DNA of 64,000 bases from an uncultured Nitrospiraceae bacterium (GTDB taxonomy: Bacteria > Nitrospirota > Thermodesulfovibrionia > Thermodesulfovibrionales > SM23-35), in the NCBI GenBank assembly GCA_963725545.1, contig CAVRZG010000014.1:733-64732 (forward strand), read 5' to 3'. The position numbers and the translations under genes were made by a program. Below, in pieces: positions 12,412-19,664 of the stretch (its first letter is position 1; every line of letters starts with the position of its first letter). The notes beneath the pieces were generated by a model that saw only the letters and a list, made by a program, of their open reading frames with translations, had not been told where the DNA came from and did no database searches.

Positions 12412-12607
12412 AAGAAAAAGTATACCAGAAAGCACCGCATATCCAAAACACCCGATCGCCAACAATTCTCCGGTGTTCTCCGGCGGCTCTATACATAGAA
12501 CCTGACAAATACACAAAAGCCTGTAAAATGAAATATTTGGCAGAGACTCTTTATAAACGAATAAAGAAATGTTATAATTTATAAAATACGTTGAAAGGAA
12601 GGAGACT

Positions 12608-12826
12608 ATGGCACACAAATTCAGAGAAAAATCATCTTCAGGCTTCTTGTGCACAAAATACGGATGCAAGTTCAGTGATCCTGATTTTTGCAAGAGAAGG
12701 GCTGAAAACAATATAGATGATACCTGTCAGACCTGCACCGAGATCCAGGCGATATCGACTTCAAAATCAAAGCATTCGAACATTGTTTTCAGCACAAAAA
12801 GCATGAACAGCAAAAAAGTAGCCTAA
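12608..12826 (+). CDS. small cysteine-containing hypothetical protein (72 aa)
   Basis: AAGGAAGGAGA SD just upstream of the ATG. TATAAT at 12573-12578. Intrinsic terminator 34 nt downstream. Five Cys including CxxC (CQTC). No family recognised. Confidence 0.5.
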   Translation: MAHKFREKSSSGFLCTKYGCKFSDPDFCKRRAENNIDDTCQTCTEIQAISTSKSKHSNIVFSTKSMNSKKVA

Positions 12827-12859
12827 CCTGCCGAGGAAATTTCACACGTAATAACTCAA

Positions 12860-12906
12860 GCCACAGGAACTCTCCCGATGGAGTAGTCTCTTGTGGCGTA
12901 TTTTTT
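12860..12906 (+). terminator. Rho-independent terminator candidate
   Basis: GCCACAGGA...TCTTGTGGC stem (one G-U) followed by TATTTTTT, directly after the 72-aa ORF. Confidence 0.55.
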
Positions 12907-12978
12907 GAGTCTTTCGTATTTACTAAGGAGTTCATAGGAATAGCCACATTTGTAGATAAAGAACATTGGCCGACTTCT

Positions 12979-13063
12979 GTCATTCCGGCTTGTCCGGAAT
13001 CCTTCTTCAGTGCAGGTTTGCAGAGGTTATTACCAAGAAAGATTCCGGACAAGCCGGAATGAC
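12979..13063. repeat. perfect 23-bp inverted repeat with 39-bp spacer
   Basis: GTCATTCCGGCTTGTCCGGAATC (12979-13001) and its exact reverse complement (13041-13063). Each arm is itself a small palindrome (TCCGG..CCGGA). A related GTCATCCTCGGGCTTGACCCGGGG unit lies reversed at about 13111-13134. Confidence 0.85.
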
Positions 13064-13304
13064 AACAAGAAGCTTTATTAATGTTCTCATAGTAAGTTGA
13101 AACAATAGATCCCCGGGTCAAGCCCGAGGATGACAATCTTAAATGGTTGTTTTTGTTTGTCATTCGCTTAAGGCGCCTACTGTTGGCCCGCAGGTCTTAA
13201 CCAGAAGTAGGTGCATTAAGCAGCGGGAATCCATTAGTCTGATGAGCATTTCAACCTTTTTACAGATGAACCTTTTGTTTTGTGGCCGGAGAACAGCAAT
13301 GATC

Positions 13305-14144
13305 TTAGATGGTAATGTCTCCAAAGACTACCCTGTTTATTCCTTTCAATGATTTCATCGGAGACCGAAATGTAATTGAATCCCCGTCAGCCTCTCCCAG
13401 GATACCGAGGGCCAGTGTATCTTCCTTATGGTTAATGCCTATGAGGACACCGGGAGAAGAAATATTGTGCCTCCCGCTCTGCGGCCTGTTATTATGGAAG
13501 AATTCGACATCTCCGAGTGAATATTCGCTCATCCCCGGCTCTTTGAAATACTCACTGAATCTCTTCCTTCTGTATTCTGTTCGTTCCGCCCGTGTCCTCT
13601 GTCTGACCATGGCTGAAGTCTTTATGCGGAGTATTCGTGTTTCCTTTGCGAGTTCAAGAATATGCTCAAGCTCATCTCTTCTTTGGATGGCAATTACAAG
13701 TCCCGGTTTTATTGAATTTATTTTGCCGAGCTTCAGGGATATACCGGCATCACCTGCAATTAGACCCGTGGTGTCAACGATGGTAATGTCGGATCTCTCC
13801 CGGTAAAGGCCAGCCATTTTCTTAGTCCCATGGACCATGAGATCGGACTTCTTCGCCGGATTTACATCACCTATGAAGAACATCTTCTCAAAATAGAACC
13901 TCTCCAGGTCTTCTTTAGCGGAGAATAATTTTGCGGATACGGTCCCAGGCAGGCCAAGGCTGGTCTGCCCGACATCAGAGTCGACAAAAGCTACGGTCAG
14001 CCCCTTTAATACAAGCTGTTCAGTAAGATATCTTGCAAGCGTCGATTTTCCTGAATCCGTATCCCCAAGCAACAGAACGACTCTTTTGTATTCTGTCAGT
14101 TCATCGATCAGTATCTGCCATGACGGTTCAGGGATTATAGTCAT
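13305..14144 (-). CDS. Clp1/Grc3-family P-loop protein (putative polynucleotide 5'-hydroxyl kinase)
   Basis: 279 aa. Walker A LLLGDTDSGKSTL followed by FVDSDVGQTSLGLPG, matching the Clp1 pattern GxxxxGKS...VDLDxGQ...PG; later IVDTTGLI. Confidence 0.65.
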   Translation of the reverse strand: MTIIPEPSWQILIDELTEYKRVVLLLGDTDSGKSTLARYLTEQLVLKGLTVAFVDSDVGQTSLGLPGTVSAKLFSAKEDLERFYFEKMFFIGDVNPAKKSDLMVHGTKKMAGLYRERSDITIVDTTGLIAGDAGISLKLGKINSIKPGLVIAIQRRDELEHILELAKETRILRIKTSAMVRQRTRAERTEYRRKRFSEYFKEPGMSEYSLGDVEFFHNNRPQSGRHNISSPGVLIGINHKEDTLALGILGEADGDSITFRSPMKSLKGINRVVFGDITI

Positions 14145-14230
14145 TTATAATTATTGTATTCGAAATTGTCTGAAGGGGAAACCCTCAGCTGAAAGCTGTT
14201 TCATTTTTTCTCTTTTTTGATTATAAATAG

Positions 14231-14360
14231 AGTCTGTGTATAAACTCTATATTTAAACACCCTCCCCAACCCCTCCCCTCAAGGGAGGGACGTATTTACT
14301 ATCCTCTCCCTTGAGGGGAGAGGGCAAGGGTGAGGGTGTTTGTTAATTTATACACAGACT
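14231..14360. mobile_element. repeat family A, long form: 130-bp MITE-like element with perfect 14-bp terminal inverted repeats
   Basis: AGTCTGTGTATAAA (14231-14244) / TTTATACACAGACT (14347-14360), flanked by TAAATAG on both sides (14224-14230, 14362-14368). The core (14254-14340) recurs at 41581-41669. Confidence 0.75.
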
Positions 14361-14384
14361 CTAAATAGTATTTGTCCAAAATAA

Positions 14385-14499
14385 ATGAAGAACCCTGCGG
14401 CAAAGACCGCAGGGTATCTTAACGTATGGAATTATTTCTTTATATTCGCTCGCTAACCCCGCGGCAAGCCGACGGGGAATGCACTCGCTATCCGTTTCA
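14385..14499. repeat. repeat family B, copy 1 (about 115 bp, two GC hairpins)
   Basis: About 90% identical to 58078-58190. Hairpins CCCTGCGG-N6-CCGCAGGG and CCCCGCGGCAAGCCGACGGGG. Confidence 0.85.
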
Positions 14500-14515
14500 G
14501 AACTGATCAAAAGTC

Positions 14516-14707
14516 AGGTATATGGTTCAATTTCTGAAGCAAAATCACGGGCAACCTTGATGAGACCGAAGACGAAGCGGAGGTCTCAGCTTTGAACTTG
14601 CAACAACATTGAAGTCAGATAAAGGTTTGAACAAGAACATAGGTAGTTTTTTGCTTCAGAAATTGAACCATATACCGTTCCCACAATATTTTGGACAGCA
14701 ATGATTA
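14516..14707. repeat. repeat family C core, copy 1: 158-nt hairpin with perfect 27-bp stem
   Basis: GTATATGGTTCAATTTCTGAAGCAAAA (14518-14544) pairs with 14649-14675. Inner hairpin TGAGACC-N14-GGTCTCA (14561-14588). Second copy at 62486-62678. Confidence 0.85.
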
Positions 14708-14720
14708 TAAATAGTATTAT
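14692..14720 (+). promoter_or_regulatory. candidate sigma70-type promoter for asnS, -35 supplied by the repeat C end
   Basis: TGGACA (14692-14697) - 17 nt - TATTAT (14715-14720), 58 nt upstream of the asnS start. The equivalent TGGACA-N16-TAATGT lies at 62663-62690 upstream of the 55-aa ORF. Confidence 0.4.
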
Positions 14721-14777
14721 GAAATTAGGTTTATTAGAACTTAACATTAAGTTATTTATAAAAAATGGAACTTCATC

Positions 14778-16178
14778 GTGGAGGTAAAAGTGGAAAGGTC
14801 ATTGATAAAGGACGTTCTTTCAGACGAATACATAGGAAAGCCGGTCACCGTATGCGGATGGGTGAGGACCAAACGTGAGTCAAAGGGCTTCGCCTTTCTT
14901 GCCTTAAGTGACGGCTCCAGCCAGGAAATACTGCAGCTTGTCATCTCAGGCCAGGCGTCTGCCTATCAGGCGCTCCACCGTTGCAACACCGGCGCGGCAA
15001 TCAGGGTCAAAGGCATCATGAAAGAATCTCCTGCAAAGGGCCAGAGATATGAGATGGAAGTCTCCGATATCGAGGTCTTCGGCGAGGCCGACCCTGAAAA
15101 ATATCCTCTGCAGAAAAAAGGGCACACCCTTGAATTTCTACGCGAGATTAGTCACCTAAGGCCAAGGACGAATACTTTTGGGGCAATATTAAGGATACGG
15201 AACATCCTCGCTGATTCAGTGCATAAGTTTTTCCAGAGCAGGGGATTTGTCTGGGCCCACACCCCTATCATCACAGCGAGTGACTGTGAGGGGGCAGGCG
15301 AACTTTTCACAGTGACCACTCTCGATCTTGAGAACCTGCCGAAGAAAGATTTGGGCGGGATAGATTTCTCAGGGGATTTCTTCGGGAGGCGAGCCTTCTT
15401 GACGGTAAGCGGCCAGCTTGAAGCCGAATTTTTGGCAATGTCCCTCGGCAGGGTCTACACCTTCGGCCCGACCTTCAGGGCTGAGAATTCAAATACGACG
15501 CGGCATCTCTCCGAGTTCTGGATGATCGAACCTGAGATGGCCTTTGCCGACCTGGACGATGATATGCTCCTTGCGGAGGACTTTCTTCGCTTTCTTTGCA
15601 GAGAGGCTTTGGCTAAGGGGGAGAAGGAACTTGCCTTTCTTGAAAGCCAGTACAAGAGGATTGCAGTCAGTGATCTGAAGAAACTGGCTGAGACGCCTTT
15701 TGTGCGCATGTCTTACACGGATGCAGTAAGGGAACTTGAAGCTTCCGGAGAAAAGTTTGAGTTCCAGGTTAAATGGGGGTCCGACCTTCAGTCGGAACAT
15801 GAGCGGTATCTGACGGACAAGGTCGTAAAAGGACCTTTGATCGTTACCGATTATCCAAAGGAGATCAAGGCCTTTTACATGAGGCTGAATGCCGATGGAA
15901 AAACAGTCGCGGCAATGGACGTCCTTGTCCCCAAGGTCGGTGAGATCATCGGCGGCAGCCAGCGTGAAGAGCGCCTCGATGTGCTTGAAGACAGAATGAA
16001 GCAGACAGGTGTACCGCTGGAGAACCTCCAATGGTATCTCGACCTTCGCAGGTTCGGCTCAGCCCCGCACGCAGGGTTCGGATTGGGATTTGAACGGATG
16101 GTGCAGTATATAACAGGCATGGCAAATATCCGTGATGTGATTCCTTGTCCGAGGGCACCTCGTGAGATAGGGTTCTGA
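14778..16178 (+). CDS. asnS: asparagine--tRNA ligase
   Basis: 466 aa with class II motifs FRAENSNTTRHLSEFWMIEPE and GGSQREER...GFGLGFERM. GTG start. Confidence 0.93.
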   Translation: MEVKVERSLIKDVLSDEYIGKPVTVCGWVRTKRESKGFAFLALSDGSSQEILQLVISGQASAYQALHRCNTGAAIRVKGIMKESPAKGQRYEMEVSDIEVFGEADPEKYPLQKKGHTLEFLREISHLRPRTNTFGAILRIRNILADSVHKFFQSRGFVWAHTPIITASDCEGAGELFTVTTLDLENLPKKDLGGIDFSGDFFGRRAFLTVSGQLEAEFLAMSLGRVYTFGPTFRAENSNTTRHLSEFWMIEPEMAFADLDDDMLLAEDFLRFLCREALAKGEKELAFLESQYKRIAVSDLKKLAETPFVRMSYTDAVRELEASGEKFEFQVKWGSDLQSEHERYLTDKVVKGPLIVTDYPKEIKAFYMRLNADGKTVAAMDVLVPKVGEIIGGSQREERLDVLEDRMKQTGVPLENLQWYLDLRRFGSAPHAGFGLGFERMVQYITGMANIRDVIPCPRAPREIGF

Positions 16179-16243
16179 GATGCGGATGACGGGTGCCTAA
16201 GGGACATATCCCCATAGCACCCGCGCTCTCTATATGTAGTTAA

Positions 16244-17629
16244 TCAGCGGCCGTATACGTGGTTCTGCGGCCGGTACTGGCGTACAGCTGAGGAACGACG
16301 CGGAGAAGAAACCTGCTGTGGCTGCTGTGGCGTCTGTCGTGCAGCTGTGCTCCCGGACTTCTGCGTTTGCGCTGTTCTGTCCCGGCTGCCCTTCTGCGGT
16401 GCAGATGCAGCAGTGACGTACCTGGATGGCCTTGTATTGTTCTGGTTACGACTGCGCTGCGGTTCCCTCGGCGGGCGGGCAAACTCGGTGTCACGCGCCG
16501 GAGCCGCTTTTTCATAATCAAAGCCCTCGATCTTGCGACGCTCCACCTTTTCTCCAAGGATACTCTCGATGCTGCGCACAGCGTCCGCGTCTTCACGTGT
16601 AATGAATGTGAAGGCATCGCCGGTTTTTTCAGCCCTGCCTGTGCGGCCTATCCGGTGCGTATACGAATCAGTAGTATCGGGCATGTCATAGTTGATGACA
16701 TGGGATATGCATGAGACATCGATGCCTCGGGCGGCAATGTCTGTGGCTACAAGGATTTGATATGAGCCGTTCCGGAATCCGTCGAGCGCCTCCTGCCGTC
16801 TGTTCTGCGACAGGTTTCCCTGAAGAGATGCGGCCCGGAAGCCGGCCTTTTCGAGTTGCTGCCCAACACGCTTTGCACGGTGCTTAGTCCTGGTAAAGAT
16901 AAGGACCGACTCCGTGTCGGTATGACTCAGCAGTTCGAGGAGCAGCGCGGTCTTCCTGTGCTGATTGACAGGAAACAGCGCGTGGGCAACCGTACTCGCA
17001 GGCGCAGACGGGTTAACCTGCACCGTAACCGGCGAGCGCAGAACTTCACCGGCAAGTCTGCGGATATCATCCGGCATGGTTGCGGAAAACAAAAGCGTCT
17101 GGCGCTTTGCGGGCACATACTTCATGATCTTCCGAATATCAGGCAGAAAGCCCATGTCAAACATCCGGTCGGCTTCGTCAAGGACGAGCAGCTCAACATG
17201 CGACAGGTCAATCGTGTTATGAGTGATGTGATCGAGCAGACGGCCCGGACATGCAACAACGATATCAACACCTGACCGCAATTGCTGAATCTGCGGGTTA
17301 ATGCTTACCCCGCCATAGACAGTTATGCTCCGGAGACGGGTCTGCCGCCCCATCGTAACAATTGCCTCGTGGATCTGCTCCGACAGTTCGCGGGTAGGCG
17401 CGACTATAAGAGCCCTGACGTGGCCGCGTTCCCCCTGCATCAGCCGTTCCAGCATCGGAAGGACAAAGGCCGCCGTCTTTCCGGTGCCTGTCTGTGCCAG
17501 GCCCATGACGTCATGACCCTTCATGACCGGCGGGATGGCCTGTGTCTGGATCGGGGTAGGCGCGACATAGCCCGCCGCAGTTATCCCGGCTGCAACCCGG
17601 GGGTGAAAATTAAAAGCGTGAAATTCCAT
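16244..17629 (-). CDS. DEAD-box ATP-dependent RNA helicase with basic R/Q/S-rich tail
   Basis: AQTGTGKT, DEAD, SAT and HRIGRTGR motifs. 90-aa low-complexity C-terminus. Confidence 0.9.
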   Translation of the reverse strand: MEFHAFNFHPRVAAGITAAGYVAPTPIQTQAIPPVMKGHDVMGLAQTGTGKTAAFVLPMLERLMQGERGHVRALIVAPTRELSEQIHEAIVTMGRQTRLRSITVYGGVSINPQIQQLRSGVDIVVACPGRLLDHITHNTIDLSHVELLVLDEADRMFDMGFLPDIRKIMKYVPAKRQTLLFSATMPDDIRRLAGEVLRSPVTVQVNPSAPASTVAHALFPVNQHRKTALLLELLSHTDTESVLIFTRTKHRAKRVGQQLEKAGFRAASLQGNLSQNRRQEALDGFRNGSYQILVATDIAARGIDVSCISHVINYDMPDTTDSYTHRIGRTGRAEKTGDAFTFITREDADAVRSIESILGEKVERRKIEGFDYEKAAPARDTEFARPPREPQRSRNQNNTRPSRYVTAASAPQKGSRDRTAQTQKSGSTAARQTPQQPQQVSSPRRSSAVRQYRPQNHVYGR

Positions 17630-17663
17630 AAATTCTATAAACTCCTTTTAACTATTATTCAGT

Positions 17664-17894
17664 TTAATCTAATATTTCAAGCACACAACGTTTTTCCAGC
17701 TTGGCGCCGGCGGCACTCAGTATCGTTCTCATTGCCCGCGCTGTATTTCCCTGCTTTCCAATGACCTTGCCAAGATCACTTGCAGCAACACGCAATTCAA
17801 ACAGAGCGGTTTTTTCTCCGCCAGCCTCGTTTACCGTCACCTCATCCGGATTATCCACCAGGGATTTCACCATCAGCTCAACAAGTTCTTTCAT
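17664..17894 (-). CDS. KH-domain RNA-binding protein (UPF0109/YlqC-like)
   Basis: [18 protein letters not shown] GxxG KH motif. Start set at ATG 17894 (MKELVEL), 7 nt after GGAGG. Confidence 0.8.
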   Translation of the reverse strand: MKELVELMVKSLVDNPDEVTVNEAGGEKTALFELRVAASDLGKVIGKQGNTARAMRTILSAAGAKLEKRCVLEILD

Positions 17895-18140
17895 ATCAAC
17901 CTCCACAAGCATACGGGCTGTTCTTTACAGGCCATATTTTCAAAAGTTTTTTGATGTTTCACAGACATGACCGTTTGCAATTTTTTCAGATGATTTTGTG
18001 GATTACAACGACCTTGGCGCAGAGAATTAAGCAGAAGTCTTTCCCCCTTTAGGAATGTGGCGTTCACAACCCCGTTGGGGCTGACTCCGCATGAGAGGTC
18101 CCGTTATCTCAAGTGTGTCGTAAGATTTAAGGACAGAGAT

Positions 18141-18509
18141 TTACGAGTATTGTACGGCAACTTCATATGCTATATCTGAGTGGTTGTCGGAGGAATCGGT
18201 CCCTTCGCAACTAATCGTACCTTTTGCCTCCACTTTGTGGTTTCTGATCATCCCGTTTATAACCTGGGTCAGATCAAACCCTCCGTCAACACATTCTTTT
18301 CTTAGGCAATTCACTACGAAAAAAGCGTAACTGTCCGGATTGAAATGAAAGGTCCTGAGTATTGATCTTGCGCCCTTCTGGTTGTAGGTCATATTCATGA
18401 CTATGCTTGCAACCTCAGGGTAGTTTGTAGCTACGGAGCCGGCATCACGTCTCTGCTGCAGCAATTCCTGCTTCCTCTCCATCATTTGCGCATGCTTACT
18501 GTTATTCAT
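18141..18509 (-). CDS. hypothetical protein (122 aa)
   Basis: Clean ORF between csp and the KH/DEAD genes, same strand. No recognisable motif and a weak SD. Confidence 0.5.
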   Translation of the reverse strand: MNNSKHAQMMERKQELLQQRRDAGSVATNYPEVASIVMNMTYNQKGARSILRTFHFNPDSYAFFVVNCLRKECVDGGFDLTQVINGMIRNHKVEAKGTISCEGTDSSDNHSDIAYEVAVQYS

Positions 18510-18528
18510 CTTCCACTCATTTCTCTCA

Positions 18529-18564
18529 AAAAAGAACGCCCCCCGTTTCTGCAGGGGGCGTTCC
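18529..18564 (-). terminator. Rho-independent terminator of csp
   Basis: On the minus strand, GAACGCCCCC-N9-GGGGGCGTTC is followed by TTTTTT, 10 nt after the csp stop. Confidence 0.8.
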
Positions 18565-18573
18565 TCAGAGCAA

Positions 18574-18774
18574 TTAGAGTTTAACTACATTGATCGCTTT
18601 GGGCCCTTTCGGACCTTCTTCAGTATCAAAGCTGACATTGTCACCTTCGGCAAGGCTCTTAAAGCCGCTGCCCTGAATAGAAGAATGATGGACGAATACG
18701 TCACGATTATCTTCAGCAGTAATGAAGCCAAAACCTTTGCTATCGTTGAACCACTTCACAGTTCCTTGTGTCAT
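18574..18774 (-). CDS. cspA: cold-shock protein (CspA family)
   Basis: 66 aa, [15 protein letters not shown] (RNP1) and VFVHHS (RNP2). AAGGGGG SD. Confidence 0.93.
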   Translation of the reverse strand: MTQGTVKWFNDSKGFGFITAEDNRDVFVHHSSIQGSGFKSLAEGDNVSFDTEEGPKGPKAINVVKL

Positions 18775-18822
18775 TTTCTTTACCCCCTTGTCTTTAAAAC
18801 TTCAATCTCAGAAGGACTCAAT

Positions 18823-18856
18823 AAAAAAGACCACAAAGCTAAAAGTCTCTGTGGCC
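18823..18856 (-). terminator. terminator-like hairpin plus U-run, either ending the upstream glycosyltransferase-like gene or acting inside the csp leader
   Basis: Minus strand GGCCACAGAG-N8-CTTTGTGGTC followed by TTTTTT. Lies only 48 nt upstream of the csp ATG and downstream of an extended -10 TGTTATGAT (18893-18901). Confidence 0.5.
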
Positions 18857-18944
18857 TTCCGTGAACGCAAAAACTTCTAAAATCTAAACTTAATCATAAC
18901 ACATCCCCGCCGTATAAGCAAGGCAATTCAGTTTGCGAATGTCG

Positions 18945-19664
18945 TTAGCGTTGGCAGGATGGCATCGTCAGGCACTTTCTTGAAAGTCGGACAAATTTCC
19001 TTAAAGCATACTTCGGAAATAAAAATAAGAGTGCTAAAACTCTGTGCCGTCTGAGTAGGGAGAGCTCGTCGAACTGTTCAATTTTACGCCGGACTCCGTT
19101 ACTCCCTGCGGTGTTGTTTGCATGGTACAGAACAATATTACGGGGCGGCGGCCAACCGTGGCTTCGCGCATAGAATCCGGGGGATAAATAGGTCCACGAA
19201 ACCTCACAATTCTCTTGTCTAAGCAATGCGTTGATAATCAACTGTTCATTGGCGGTTGGTATTTGCTTGAGACCATCCTTGGCTTTCTTGAAAAAAGCAG
19301 CAGTAGCCCGGTTGCAGCGGCACACAATGAAGCCCGTATTTACATCTGTAACTCTATGCCCCTCCCTCTGGAATGCGATGTCATGGTTGCCAAGCTGATT
19401 CACCAGCATCTCCGGCTGCAGATCAAAAAACTGAATATCAATATCGGACCATATAACTATCTGATCTGGGTTCTCCTCGATGCTCTGCAAAATCAGGTCG
19501 ACCTTTCTTGATATGCATTGGAGAAATTCGGGGCTGAGATAATCTCCGGGACCAGCTATATCGAGCTCTATCGAAGTCACCGAAAAGCCTGCGGGAAGTG
19601 ATCGTGAGAAATAGTTCTCAAGAAGTGTCTTATGTGCTTGGGTGTAACAGCAGAAGATTTTCAT
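18945..19664 (-). CDS. nucleotide-diphospho-sugar transferase-like protein
   Basis: Start taken at ATG 19664 (MKIFCCYTQ). DxD-like WSDIDIQFF and GFIVCR pattern as in GT-A fold transferases. Family assignment tentative. Confidence 0.5.
   Translation of the reverse strand: MKIFCCYTQAHKTLLENYFSRSLPAGFSVTSIELDIAGPGDYLSPEFLQCISRKVDLILQSIEENPDQIVIWSDIDIQFFDLQPEMLVNQLGNHDIAFQREGHRVTDVNTGFIVCRCNRATAAFFKKAKDGLKQIPTANEQLIINALLRQENCEVSWTYLSPGFYARSHGWPPPRNIVLYHANNTAGSNGVRRKIEQFDELSLLRRHRVLALLFLFPKYALRKFVRLSRKCLTMPSCQR

Larger units (their letters stand above)
14219..14718. mobile_element. nested composite of three MITE-like repeat families (A inside the junction of C, B inside C) bounded by direct repeats
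   Basis: GATTATAAATAG at 14219-14230 and again at 14703-14714. If the A element and its TAAATAG duplication are removed, the direct repeat becomes 16 bp (GATTATAAATAGTATT). Internal IR TGTCCAAAATA (14373-14383) / TATTTTGGACA (14688-14698). Confidence 0.7.

Noticed and set aside
12789-13163. 124-aa minus-strand ORF
   Set aside because: It reads straight through the 23-bp inverted repeats and related palindromic units (the DSGQAGMT-type peptides are translation artefacts of such repeats). There is no SD.
13239-13246. CUGAUGAG, the hammerhead ribozyme core box
   Set aside because: No downstream GAAA box, no stem II or stem III pairing, and no cleavage-site context could be drawn. It is an isolated 8-mer match.
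14522-14560. 12-codon ORF (MVQFLKQNHGQP) inside repeat C, also present as MARFLKQNHGQP at 62492
   Set aside because: It has no SD, lies within the long stem, and its conservation is explained by the repeat itself. The minus-strand mini-ORFs are not conserved between copies.
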